Positions 25,310 through 38,890 of a stretch of 64,000 nucleotides of DNA are shown in pieces. Made by a program: the position numbers and the translations under genes. Source of the stretch: the human T2T-CHM13v2.0 reference genome, Homo sapiens. Every line of letters begins with the position of its first letter. Within the stretch, counting starts at the first letter, position 1. Under the pieces are notes generated by a model that worked only from the letters and a program-made list of their open reading frames with translations, made no database searches and was not told the origin of the DNA. The stretch lies in NCBI RefSeq assembly GCF_009914755.1, contig NC_060942.1. One strand, written 5' to 3'.

Positions 25310-25550
25310 TTTCTTAGTGTAGTAAAATATACATAACAGAAGAATTCCATTTTAACCATTTTAAGTGTACATTTCAGTGTCATTACTTACATTCACCATT
25401 TTGTGCAACCATCACCAAAAAGTGTCTTCAAAACTTTTTCATCTTCCCTAACAGAAACTGTAACTATTAAGCATTAACTTCCCATTCTACCCTCACCTAC
25501 AGCCCATGTAACCTCTAATCTACCTTATGTCTCTATGGATTTGCCTATAT
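25310..25550 (-). mobile_element. L1M 3'UTR fragment
   Basis: aaaatatacataaca...ttttaaccattttaagtgtacatttcagtg...gtgcaaccatcacca...gtctctatggatttgcct. Confidence 0.8.
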
Positions 25551-27602
25551 AATTTTTAAATTTTATTTTTTAAAATTATTTTAAGTTGGGCTTATAGAAG
25601 CAAGGTTTACAGAAGAGTTTCAGAGTTTCAAAAGAGGACTTGAGGTTTTATAGTTTTTCAGCTGAGCACATTTAACTCAGCAGGTCCACCTTATTTGGCA
25701 CACTAGGCAGTTGCTAGCAGAGATGAACAAGATGGAAAGAAAGATGACTGAATTCTTGAGGACCCGTCATGTATCAAGCACAGGAGTAGCTGCATGGATG
25801 CGCCGTGACTTTAGCTGCTCCTCATGACAGCCTAAGTGAGCAAGTTATTTCTGTTTTAGGATGAAGAAAGCAAAGCTCATTCACATAAAAGTCCTATTAA
25901 AAGTTGAGATTGAAAACCAAATCCTACTGACCTCAGATGTCCATCTCTTCCTATTACTTACTGCTTCGTCCAGAGTGCATAAAGGACACGTAAGGGTGGA
26001 GTGTGCATTTCCATCCATTATTACATTTAGCCGAGTGAGTTCCAGAGCCAAAGGTGGCAGCAATACCAAGGAGAGCTGCTGCCCATCATGCCACAGAAGC
26101 TCCTGTCTTACCTGAAGGCTCCAGCCACCCAGCCACTTGTCCACCCGCATCAACTCATCCCATCATTCATTGGTGCCAGTTATATGCTGGACCTTGGGGG
26201 ATGATCCCGTGGCCCCTGGTGGCTGTGATGCCTGTGATGATGATGGCAACAGTGGCGGCAGTAGAAGCCACCATCCCCACTGTTTATTGACCACATTCTG
26301 TGGGCTGAGCCTGGGTAGGACGTTTCAGGAGTTTTAACCCTCACAGCCTGCCAGACAGGTGGCAGGGGGTTTCTGGGGGCACAGGGAATGGAAACTCACA
26401 AAGGTCAGATTGAAGCTGTCAAGAGATCACTTGGCTTGTGGCAGCAGGAGGGGCTCCTGCAGGGCTGTCTGACTTCTAGCTTACCCTCTGTGGTGGGTGG
26501 GCAGAGCCCCTTTTCTCTAGGCCATTTTCTTGGGCAAGACATGGACACCTCAGTAGCCAAGGGACCTGGCTAGCAGGAGGGGGCAGTGAGTTTGGGAACT
26601 GGGGAGCAAGGACCACAGCGGGGGATTTTTGGGCACCTCCATTTCTGAGTCCCCTCACCAGGAGGGCCTCACAGTGTTTCAGGGAAAGTGTGAGGCCTCT
26701 GTCGAGTGCCCATTTTTCATGGACAGTGCAGGCTGAGGTGGGGCAAGACCCTGATGACTAGGGCCATAAGAGAATAAAGGTGAGTCCACTGCCAGAATTC
26801 TGTGGTTAGTGCTAATTCACTTTTCACAAAGGAGAGGCCCATCCTGAATGTTTGTTCAATCATATTTCACATATATATCTGTCAGGTTTATGATCTCATT
26901 TTGTTCTTCACAACAAATCAGCAAAATTGACTTAGGAGGGAGCAGTGAGGCTGAGATAGGGTGTAGGGTGAGAATTGATTAGGCTGTCAGAGAGCAAGAG
27001 AAAGGGGAGAAAAAGTGGTTCTGAAGAAGAAAATGTGACTTCTTAAAACCTTGTCAGCACGCAAGGATTTATTCATACATCATTAAAATTTAAATTACAT
27101 GATTTGGTCTGTCACTGAGGACAAATGGTTCCTTTTCAGCTGCATTTTGTTTGAACTGTTTTATTCAGGCAACTTAATTGGTTGATTATTTTAAAATTTG
27201 CCAGGCTGCAGTAATCTATATTTAGCAGAAACCCAAGTCATACGGTAAGTCATTTCCAGTAGGATTAAAATTATCAGCATGTTTCTCAAATCTTAAAAGA
27301 AATGCCAAACTCTGGACTATGTTCAGTTTTGCATTCTTAATTTCAGGCAGACATTTTCATTCCATTGGCATGTGATTCTTTTTCCAAGACTACATAATAA
27401 GGGTGGCATTTTTCCTTTCCATGCCGCAGCAGCCCTGCAAGACAGAGAGAAAGAAATTTGGTCTTTGATTGATGAAGTTTGGTGACCTAACCAGATGACT
27501 GTCTTTCTCTTCCAGACTGCTTAACTCTCAAATCAACTGGAAACAAATTTGTTTTTCAGACATATTTCAAGCACATTGAATAGCTGAATATCATATACAT
27601 AG

Positions 27603-27907
<305 letters not shown>

Positions 27908-28571
27908 AGGTGTCATTTCTTAACCATCTATGATTACACTGAAATATGAACAGGTGGCTTGAACGTTATTTAGGAAGTGTGATGAGTCCGTAAGGTCTGT
28001 CATGTGGGCATCTCGATTCACATCCTGGAGCTGTGGCCTGTGCCTCAGACACAGTTGCCTGAATGAGCCATGATCTGCTCATTAGCACACCCTCCACAGC
28101 CATTGGGTCAATAGCACTTACTTTGTTCAGTTTCTACTCTCTGCTTATTAAGGATATGTAATTTTGATTTGTGAGGTTGTGCCCATGAGTCCTTTCTCCA
28201 TTCCAGTTGCTGTCAGCTTAACCTGGGGCTCTTGGCACCTCTGTGTTGGACTTTTGCATCGCTCTCCCTGTGGATTCTCTCCCAGCTCTCCCTTCCTCCA
28301 TATGCTTTGCAGGGTGATCTTTCTGAAATGCAGATCTGATTGGGATACTTTGTCGCTTAAAACCTTTGAAAGCCAGCCCCTGCTCCCTTGCCTTCAAGCC
28401 ACCTCTGTGTCCTTAGAAGAGTGTACAAGCGCTTCCTCCTGCCAGCCCAGTCTCCTTTTTCCAAGCAGTTCAAAGCCAGAGGCATCTATTTCTTCAATTC
28501 TACTTCATTCCCACCCACCACTCCCACCCTGGCTCTTGGGTGAGAAGTACTGAAGGAAATCAGAACATATA

Positions 28572-29182
28572 GATATATATACACATACACACACGTACAT
28601 ACACATGCACAGTTTTTTATATATACACATATTTGTAATTTTTTAAATTTAACTTTTAAGTTCAGGGAGTACGTGTGCAGGTTTGTTATATAGGTAAACT
28701 TATGTCATAGGGATTTGTTGTACAGATTATTTCATCACCCAGGTATTAAGCCTAGTATCCATTAGTTATTTTTCTTGATCCTCTCCCTCCTCCCATCATC
28801 CATCCTCTGATAGGCCCCAGTGTCTATTGTTCCCCTCTATGTGTCCATGTGTTCTCATCATTTAGCTCCTACTTATTAGTAGGAACAGGTGGTATTTGGT
28901 TTTCTGTTCCTGCATTAGTTTGCTGAGGATAATGACTTCCAGCTCCTTCCATGTCCCTGCAAAGGACATGATCTCGTTCTTTATTATGGCTGCATGGTAT
29001 TCCATGGTGTACATATACCACTTTTTCTTTATCCAGTCTATCATTCATGGGCATTTAGGTTGATTCCATGTCTTTGCTATTGTGAATAGTGCTGCAATGA
29101 ACGTGTGCATGTGTCTTTATAATAGAATGACTTATATTCCTTTGGGTATATACCCAGTAATGGGATTGCTGGGTTGAATGGT
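28572..29182 (-). mobile_element. 5'-truncated primate L1 (older L1PA/L1PB class) with TSD; tail converted to a TA/CA microsatellite
   Basis: ORF 28862..29044(-) WIKKKWYMYTMEYHAAIIKNEIMSFAGTWKELE matches the L1 ORF2p C-terminus; TSD aggaaatcagaa(c/t)atata at 28554-28571 and 29183-29200. Confidence 0.93.
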
Positions 29183-30206
29183 AGGAAATCAGAATATATA
29201 TATGTGGCTTTATTTCATGAGATCATATACCTTAGAAGCCTCTTTCTATAATCACACACTTTGTTGTTGATATTGCTCTTCCATATATTTCTGTGCTAGT
29301 GAGGGATTGTTAAAAAAGGACGATAGCAAATATGAAGCCTTTAGCCAACTTCCCCTCCCCAGATATTTGAAAAACAATTAAGCCACTCAGTAAATGAACT
29401 GCCTTAGAGAAGATTATAATGTTGGCCTTAATTTCTTTTACCAACTTTCCATTTCCTTGAAATGCAGCTAATCAACTTATATTAACTGTCCTGGAAAATT
29501 TTTTGGTTTACAGAGCTTTTTGTTTTTAAATTGTTACCACTAATTTAAGAAATTTAGACTGAAAATGTTACTTTTAATAAAAAGGAAATGTCTTAGACAT
29601 ATTAATGCATATAATTTTTCATATCACGAGGTGCAATCATAGTGTTTGGTTTTTGCGGCAAAAATGACACTTGTCAGTTCTCACTTTGATTTGCTGACAC
29701 TCTTGCCCCTTCAGGGTGGGTTGCCATTTGGAATTTGGAAATGCTGTGGCTTCAATCCATTTAGACAAACATATCCATTTCTGATTAGATTCAGAGTGGT
29801 TGTGGTGATCTGAGTATAGATGTCCATAACAGCTTCACATTTTCATGTACTCTGAAAAGGAATTTTTTAGAGGTTATTATTTAGAATGTCTAATTCCAAG
29901 TGAAGATTTAGGGGTGGAAAGTTTGAATACAATGCTTTATTCTCTCATTGAAATTTTGTAGGAAGCTCATGGGTTGCTTTTGCAAAAGCAATTTGAAGAT
30001 ATTCCACGTTAGTTTGAAAGCTTTGTATTTAAGAATTAGATTGTTTAAGGTTTGGGAGTACTTCTGTGAAATTGAGGTCATGGGAGTTTAGGTTTATGAT
30101 GATGAAAGTGTGTGTGGAAGGCACATGGCAAAACGTTGACTTTTGCTACTCAGTTTTTCTTATAGGTCACAGGTTGAATTCTTTTTATCAAAATCTGCAT
30201 GTTCTT

Positions 30207-30507
30207 GCCAGTTGTGGTGGCTCACACCTACAACCCCAGCACTTTGGGAGGCTGAGAGGCAGGAGCATCTCTTGAGCCCAGGTGTTTGAGACCACCGTGG
30301 GCAATATGGTGAAACCTGTCTCTAATAAAAATACAAAAAATTAGCTGGGCATTGTGGTGTGTGCCTGTAGCTCTAACTACTTAGGAGGCTGAGGTGGGAG
30401 GATTCTTGAGCCCGGGAGGCAGAGGTTGCAATGAGCCGAGATCGCGCCATTGCACTCCAGCCTGGGCGACAAAGTGAGACCCTGTCTAAAAATAAAATTA
30501 ATAAAAT
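30207..30507 (+). mobile_element. Full-length AluJ with TSD
   Basis: AluJ features (ttgagcccagg, gaccctgtct); TSD aaatctgcatgttctt at 30191-30206 and 30508-30523. Confidence 0.95.
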
Positions 30508-33500
30508 AAATCTGCATGTTCTTTCTATAAATAGGAATTTTATTTTCATAAATAAGACTAAAATAGTGGTCTGGGGGGAATTAACACAGTGGGAGGGGAA
30601 GAGTAAAAAACGTGTATGGTTCTAAAAAGAACTTACAAGGTTAAAATCATGGTCTATTACTTTTATAGTAGGTCTGGCTATAAAGATGTTAAATTTTTAC
30701 CAAGTATCAAATTCAAGGAAAATGTTGTGAAATAACATTGGATGCATTCAAAGGAATTTTAAAATAATTATAATTTGCCGTCTTCTCCTTGGTCAGAGGG
30801 TACTTTGGAATCTTACTTTGAGCTGTGCAGGCAAAAGGAATTATTCCACTTTTCTCTATTTGGCTTTGCTCTGTTGTTGACTATTCCTCTTGAGTTCAAG
30901 TGGAGGCCTCCTGGACAGCTGGTGGCCAGGGCAGCTGTAGTGACCCAACTCTAGTGTGCCCCTCCCAAGGATGGAGCTCCCAGTTTAGCTGTTGGGTTTG
31001 TACATAAAATGCCACAGCACAGCAGTCTGAGCTCTTGCTTTCTGTTTAAATAAAAAGGCAGATGCTTCACACATGTTTTCATGAATTTATATAAACCATG
31101 GAAGGAAAGAATGCTGATATTCAATAGGAACCCTGTAGCAACTTGTTACTTGTAATTTTTAGGTTTACTGTAAGAGCAAATGCAGAAAGCAAACCTGCAT
31201 CTGTGCTGACACTGGGTTGGGACTAACCCATGCTCTTTTAAGTGCCTAAGTAGTGGGTGAATGGGGCATCTATAAATAGTGAGTTAGTGTGTCTGACAGA
31301 CCTCAGAGACTGGAGGGATTCCTTGGGCCAGCATTGTCTCATGTGGCCACATGTGGCCAGGGAGGAACACAGCTGAAGGGAAGGAAGTGCGCTCTCTTTT
31401 ATCCTTCTTTCCATATCAAGAAGAGTAGATCCTTGAGTCAGGGAGCTAGCCTGCTGAGGAGCGCTAGCTCTGGAGCATGGTCTACTGGGCAGACCTAAAG
31501 TAGGACTGAGAAAAGCTTTGCCACTTCCTTGAGGAAGATACTGTATTGGCTTCCATGACTTCCGGAGGCATCTGATGCCTCCCAACCGGCTACCCTGCTA
31601 AGTTACACTTGATTAACTTTTCTGTCTCCTCTTGGACTCAGTGTTTTATGAAGCTGAGCTTCTCTTGGAATGCGGAGCCTGGAAAGGGAGGAAGTGTGCC
31701 CTGGGCATTCCTTACAGTTGTACTGGATTCATACTGATCCGTCCACACTCTCTCGGGCCTCTGTGACAGCGCCAGGCACATGTCACTGTTGAATTAATTG
31801 ATGGTGTACACTTGTTAGCAGATGAGCTACAGTTGAGGGTATAGTCTGTGGCCATCAGATACAGTCAGATGTCATGTGGGCCAAAACTTACAACCTTGGA
31901 GTCATAAACCAGCTGTGAACACCCAGGAAATGAATCATTCCATCTGAGCCAATCTGCAGTCTCCTCTCTCACTTGCCACCTGACACTGTAGCACCCCTTC
32001 TGGTGTGATTGAAGAACTTCTAAGTGCCAGCCTGCCCACACCTGGTGATGCACCAGTGTCTGTGTGCTGCCTCGGGAGGTGACTGTGAGATATGAGGATC
32101 TTATATAAGCTAGTAGTTTTGCATATGGCTAGCCCTTGTTGGCTCGGGACAGCTGGTTTAACAACCAGCCCTTAGATGACACTGGGTAGAAATTTGATGT
32201 TAAGTATTTCTCACTCCCTTATTATAGGATTTTTTAAGAGCAGTGTTTGCCTAAAGTCAGAACCATCTTCTAGGAGAGGGGTCAGGTGGTACTGCTAGTT
32301 TTTGGCCAGTTTCTTTTAGCTTATCTGTGATTCACTTAGATGGTTGATACATTCCTTGCCCATTCTGGTGGCTTTCTGACCATGGGGGACTGTCTGGTGG
32401 CAGTGCAGGATAATAAGTAGGAAGGCTTATGATCTGAGGAGTGTAAATAGTAAATGGAGACATCTCTTGTTAGTTTTTCATTTCAGCTGTTGACTCCTCA
32501 GTAGTGCTGGATTTTTTATGTTTATCACTGTCTCTTTCACCCCCACCCTCTCTTACCCAGAAGACAAATGGTGAGGTTAAATTTGGCCATGACTCAGCCA
32601 AAGTCTGGTGGTGGCCATCAGGAAAGAGTGTCAGAGGTCTTAGAATTGGCACTCGGGTGCTTGAACTGTTTTTAGTTTTCACTAAAGTTGAAACTATTCT
32701 GGTTGAACTTATTCTGGTAATAAGCTGAAAACAATGTGCTCCTGGGCATGTTTCAAAAACTAAAACATTTTTTAAAATGGAAATATGGATTAGGGTAGCT
32801 TGCCACAATGATAGTCACGTGTAGGGAAATACACACAAATTGAACTAAGTCTAACTTTTATGCTTAGATAACAAAAAGATACTTTTGAATTTACCAAATA
32901 TTCATTCAAGCAGTCACCAATGAGGCATCTGGATAGCTTCTTTTGTAAGACTGTCCTTATTCTTATAAAGTTAGTTGGCTCTGAAAACTTTACTTCAGTT
33001 GATCCAAGAGTTTGAGTTGATATTTCAAGGATGTTAAACTTTGCAGCCTAAAACAAAACTGAGATTGCATATGATTGGTTTTTATGGCTTCCATTTTAGA
33101 ATGAAAAAGACGATAGTGATTGGCTTAACTTTTTTTCTCTCTTTAGAAAACATTTCATAGCGGTAAAGGTGACATATACTGTTGAAAATGTATAAAGGTA
33201 GCTCTGGGTCCAGGGGTGTTGCTGGCAGATTTTTTGAAATAATTCTCCAGAATCAGCAGTCAACAAGAAAAGAACAGTGACTTGCAACCTGGAAATCCAG
33301 CTGGGACTGCCATGAATGTTTGTGGTAGTTTGGGATCACATGCCGGTTCTAGGGGACAGCAGGTCCATGCTGGTTCCTGGGTGGCAGCCCCTGTGTGGAT
33401 AGGCAGTCTATAGTGTGGGGGAGTGGGTACCTGAAGAAAGAGACCTGTAAAGGAGTCAGCATAGCACCCCAAAGCCCTCTCTCCTGGACTGGGAGACAGT

Positions 33501-33579
33501 CATAACTTTTGGAGTGGCAATGATGTTTCAACAATGTATACAAACCTTATTCTAATTTTAAAAAGCTATTTAATTAAAC

Positions 33580-34190
33580 TCCATATTTAATTTTTTTGAA
33601 AAGGTGGCACATTCACATGGTTGCAACTTTGAGAAGTACACAGTGATTTATAGTAAAATATCTCATGTTGTTATTCCCTCTCACCTTCGACTTTGCTCTC
33701 TGCTTCCTTCCCTCAAACTTCCCACTTGGCCGCCACATGTAATCCTTGTTATTAATTCCCACATGTTTTTGTGGATGAAGACAAATATATGTAATTTACT
33801 CCCTTTTAAAAATAAAGGTAACATACCATATATACTTTTTTTTCATTTACTATTTCTTGGGGCTCTTCCTATACTAGTAAATAAAGAGCTTCCTATTTCT
33901 TAACAGCTGAATAATATTCAGTTCCATGTATATAGGAATCCTATGTAACCTATCCCCTGTTGAAGGATAGTTAGTCTGCTGTCTATTCTTGGCCATGGTA
34001 AACAATGCTGCAGTGAATAACGTTGCATATATGACATTTTGCACATGTATAAGTTTACCTGGAGGATAAATTCCTGGAGGTGGGATTGCTGGGTCAAATG
34101 GTCTGTGTACTTGCAATTTTGATAGATGATATCAAATTGCCTTCCATAGGGCTTGTTCTAATTCCCTTTCCCACCAGCAATTTGCAGCCG
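33580..34190 (-). mobile_element. Old L1 (L1ME-like) 3' fragment
   Basis: ORF 33874..34116(-) contains PFDPAIPPPGIYP, similar to L1 ORF2p PFDPAIPLLGIYP. Confidence 0.8.
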
Positions 34191-35452
34191 ATCAATGTGA
34201 ATGTGGTCTGAGGTCCACCTCACTCTGCAGGCTGACCTAAGGGGCTGCTTTTCTCCAGTGCCCCAGCAGTAGCCCTGGCTGAGAAAGCCTTTTTGAGAAA
34301 CAAAGGATTTGATTTATTTTTGAAAACGTTAATTAGCGTCCTTAAGTAAACATTTGATAAATTAAATCTGATTAATTTAAGCATTGACTGAAGCCATTTT
34401 TATCAAACCTGTAGGAAGGGTGTATCAGGAAGATGAGCAATCAGCTGAAAATTTTAGTATTTTTGAAACTGAGCAGAAAAGTGTTAACATTTTACCATGT
34501 CACCATTTTAATGTGAGAAAGGAAACCTCCCAGCAAGAGGTTGAGAAATGACAGACCAGAGTGCTCCTGTTGTCTCCTTCCTAGGTCATTCCCCTTCGTG
34601 GCTTCAGTTTCTCTGCCATTCCTGGAGCTCTGCTTCCTGGAGGTACACATGTCCCCCTCACCCTTGATTCCTCCCCGGCCCTCGATTCACACCCCCCCAA
34701 ACTTCATGTTCAAATCCTCATTCTGCTATGCTATGCTATTCTGCTATGAATTCAAAATTTTTAAGTAATGAAAACTTCGATAAGAGCAATATACACTTAC
34801 GATTTTTAAAAAGCTATAATTTTTATGATTTAATGCCATGATTACAATTTTAGGATCTCATTGGAGATCAGATTGGGTTTGACTAGAAAATGAGCAGGTG
34901 TGGAAAAGGAGGTTGGAAATGGTCTGAACTGAATTTGGGTGAAGATCTCAAAGTACATAGAACAGCTGATGTCATCTCAGCATATTGTTTCACCACAAAA
35001 GCAAGGTCATCTAACAACATTTTGTCATGGTGAATCTGATGAGAATTCCTAAGTACACTCTGAGAATAGAAAGAAGGTGGATGCTGCGGAGGGGGTCTGC
35101 ATTGGAAAACCTCTGCTGCCATTTCAATGCATCGAGCCACCTTGCCTTATTATAGTGAACAATAGTAGAAGTACCTGGAGGCTCCATAGAGGGGCTGTGT
35201 GCAGTGAGCATAGTGTCGAAGCACCATGTGTCAACAGTACACACTTCTGAAGGTGGAAGAAGAATGACATGAGAACAAGAAAGAGAAATGATTGCAGGCT
35301 CTTACATAAATGCAACTGATACGTGGGTTTTTTACTAACAGTGGCATAGAATGAATACAGTGGTATAGAATAACATATTTAAAAATAAAACAAGAATCCC
35401 TATTCTGTTTCCTTATCCTGCTGCTGTTTTTCACGGCAATCATCACCTTATA

Positions 35453-35986
35453 CACTCAGTTCTGTATAACACTTGTTTGTAAAACCCGTATTTGTTTCAA
35501 CATGATTGACATATTAGGGGACAATTTGAGCATAACGTGGATTTCACATTTGCTGGTATAATTTTGTTTGCAGAAGCTCTAGGTGAATGCAGAAAACTGC
35601 CTTCAGCTGAACCAAGCCACACAGCAATACACAAAACACACACCTACACACACCTAAAGCATCTCCCACCTACCTCAGTTCATGTCTCATTTTTTGAGCC
35701 ACACCCATCCACATGTGGAGTTCCAATATTCTCATTCCTGATGATCCTCTATCCATCCCACAATTACAAGCCTTTCCGATGCCCACTTCCACAAGCACAC
35801 TTTGGTTTCTTCACAGTACAGTGCCACATTTTTTGTAGTATTTATGTATTTCTAAGCCACTTAGTGTGTATAAAACTGTGCTGTGCTTTTATTAGGCTCC
35901 TCTCTTTTTTCCCCGTATGCCTTCTGGTGTTATTGTGAGATTTTTTTTTTAGCAACGTGTATGTTGTATTATAACAGAACTGCCTG
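35453..35986. mobile_element. TcMar-Tigger non-autonomous element (Tigger13a-like)
   Basis: Imperfect terminal inverted repeats cactcagttctgtataac ... ttataacagaactgcctg, preceded by TA; internal sequence resembles the recalled Tigger consensus. Confidence 0.7.
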
Positions 35987-35999
35987 ACTGTGATTGACT

Positions 36000-36173
36000 T
36001 GGGTTTATTGTTCATGTTTATTGTCTTGTCCCCTCTCCTCCTCCTTCCCTGGTAGAATGTCAGTACGTGAGGGCAGAGCCTTTTGATGGGTCACTCACTG
36101 TGGTGTCCTCAGCACCTAGAATGGTGTCTGGTGCAAAGAAAGGCTCAATAAACATTTGTTGAATGAATGAATC
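36000..36173 (+). mobile_element. L2 LINE 3' end
   Basis: tagaatgtcagtacgtgagggcagag...cagcacctagaatggtgtctgg...ctcaataaacatttgttgaatgaatgaat. Confidence 0.85.
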
Positions 36174-36244
36174 TCAGATCATTTACTGGAAATAGCACTC
36201 TAACTATATTCTGTTGTAAATTAATGTTCTATAATAAAGAATTA

Positions 36245-36928
36245 CAGCAGTCTACCCTTGTTTACAATTTGGCTTTCAGTTACCTGTGGTCAACTACAGT
36301 CCAAAAATATTAAACGGACAATTCCAGACATAAACAATTCATAAGTTTTCAATTGTCTATTGTTCTGAGTAGCATGATGAAATCTCTTGCCCTTGTCCCT
36401 AAGCTGAAATCATCCCTTTGTTCAGCGTTTCTGTGCAGCATACACTACCTGGCCATTAGTCACCCAGTGGCCATCTCAGTTATCACATCGGAGCCATTGT
36501 GGTACAGCAGTGCTTGTGTTCATGTAACTCTTATCTGACTTCATAATGGCCCCAAAGCACAAGACTAGTAATGCTGGCAATTCAGATAAGCCAAAGAGAA
36601 GCCATAAAGTGCGTCCCCTAGGGAAAAGGTGAAAATTCTTGACTTAATAAGGAAAGAAAAAAATTATATGCTGAGGTTGCTAAGATGTACAGTACATAAG
36701 ATATTTTGAGAGAGAGACTGCATTCACATAACCGTTATTACAGTATATTGTTACAATTGTTGTCTTTTATTAGTTATTGTTGCTAATCTCTTATTGTGCC
36801 CGACTTATAAATTAAACTTTATCATAAGTATGCATGTATACAAAAAATATAGTATACATAGTATCCAAGGATTCAGGCATCTACTGGAGGTCTTGGAATA
36901 CATTCCCATGGATAAAGAGGGACCGCTA
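36245..36928 (+). mobile_element. MER44-family (Tigger7-related) DNA transposon
   Basis: ttcagttacctgtggtcaactacagtccaaaaatattaa...ttctgagtagcatgatgaaatctc...ggtcttggaatacattcccatggataaagagggacc; flanked by TA. Confidence 0.85.
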
Positions 36929-37469
36929 TATTATAGTTAAGGGACGTAGAATGGCTAACGTAGCTTATCAATGAAGGGGAGGGATGGAAATGTGGAATGT
37001 AGGTCACCCAGCTTTTTAAAATTTGTATTTAAGAAAAGCTTTATGTTCTAACAACCTTTAATTCAAAGCCAATTAAAAGTAAGAACAATCAGAATAATAG
37101 CAAAAGTGGCCAGATCCATGAATATAAGGTTATGTTCATTTAGTAAAGATAGTGGGGAAAAAAAGAGACCCCAACAGTGGCGCTTGACTCCAAAATAATT
37201 TAATATAGGAAAAATTAAAAAGTGTATAAACATGATGCTTTGATCTGGGTTTGTTTTAATGAAAATTCTTGTTATTGAATTGTTGCTTTAGCACCAGTCA
37301 TGCATATTTAATATATGTATATGGTTAATGCTCAGTAAATGAGGGCATGTGTTGAGTGTGTACCTATAATTGGTAGTTGGAATAATAGATATATATGTGT
37401 ACATAGACACATACTTATATGCATGTGACTTTGTGCTGCAACTCTGGGAAGCACTTCACACACTATTTC

Positions 37470-37777
37470 TTTCTTTCTTTTTTTTTTTTTTCGAGACGAA
37501 ATCTTGCTCTGTAGCCCAGGCTGGAGTGCAGTGGCGCGATCTTGGCTCACTGCAAGCTCTGCCTCCCGGGTTCATGCCATTCCTCTGCCTCAGCCTCCCT
37601 CCCCAGCAGCTGGGACTACAGGCGGCCACCACCATGCCCGGCTAATTTTTTGTATTTTTAGTGGAGACGGGGTTTCACCATGTTAGCCAGAATGATCTTG
37701 ATCTCCTGACCTTGTGATCCGCCCGCCTCAGCCTCCCAAAGTGCTGGGATTACAGGCATGAGCCACCGCGCCCGGCC
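37470..37777 (-). mobile_element. Full-length AluY with 15-bp TSD, inserted in an antisense MIR (~37400-37940)
   Basis: AluY diagnostics (gcaagctc..., atgccattc, gttagccag); TSD ttcacacactatttc at 37455-37469 and 37778-37792. Confidence 0.95.
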
Positions 37778-38829
37778 TTCACACACTATTTCATTTCATC
37801 CTCACAGCAGCTCTACATGGTAGGGGTTGTTATTTTTCTCATCTTTCAAATAAGGAAACTGGGGCACAGATAGGCTAGGTAACTTAATGGGGGTGATACA
37901 GCTGGTAATTGGTGAACCTGGGACTGTGGTGCAGAGCCCATGCCTTCATGGGTGCTGACAGCATTTAGCTAGGTCTTGGTGATACCAGTTAAGAAGATTT
38001 GTCCCTTGCCTTCCAGGAAGAAGCCATGGAGTTGTCAGTGGAAAATCACCATGAGATTGGTGCACAAGTGAGCAGAGCCTGAGGAATTGTGGGGACTGGG
38101 GGAGCAGGTGCCTAAGTGCCTTGTGTGGTGGGCTCCCCCTCCATTAACTAGATGCTTTGAAAGTGCCCACATACATTGAAATGAGCCCAAAATACCCCAA
38201 AAGCAGAAAGCATAGACATGTGCATGAAGGAAGGAACTAATGTTCATTCAATTCCTACCTTGTTGTAAGCACTGGGCTAGTCGCTTCTCATACACTGTAT
38301 TAGTAACTGAAGTTGTCACATATGAGTTTAGTGTAAGTGTTTTTACTTGTTCTGTCTCATTTAGTCTTTACAATCCTTCTGTGACTGGTTCTGTTATTAT
38401 CTTCATTTTCCATAAAACCCAAAGAGTGTGCCCTAAGTCACATAGTTATAAATGGTTTTGTTTAATCATCACCACCAACCAGTGAGATAGGAATTATTCT
38501 TAGAAGTAAGCACACACAACCAGGGAGTGGTACTGTTAAGATTTGAATGCAGGGCTGTCTTCACAGCCTTTGCTTTTTCCATTTTAAATAAGGCACACAT
38601 TGAGTCGAGGTGTGTTTCTAAGAAAAATATAAGAGAAGATTTGAGACAGTGATTAAGTTCTTCCAAGACTTAACCAAAATATATATGTACTTAGAATAAT
38701 GGAGATCTTATATTTAAAAGAAAAGCAGTTAGCAAGTTGAATAGCAATTAGTCACAGAAGATAGGAGCCATAGATTTTAAATATGGTAACTATGAGACGA
38801 GAAAGATCACACTGCCAGCAGAGGAATTC

Positions 38830-38859
38830 ATCTTAAAACTAGAACTGATCTTGCTTCTC

Positions 38860-38890
<31 letters not shown>

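Noticed and set aside
25689-25698. Perfect CArG box CCTTATTTGG
   Set aside because: Isolated; several CC(A/T)6GG matches are expected by chance in 64 kb.
28862-29044. ORF with protein-like sequence
   Set aside because: It is the L1 ORF2p C-terminal remnant of a truncated L1, not a gene; the same applies to 22171..22365 and 33874..34116.
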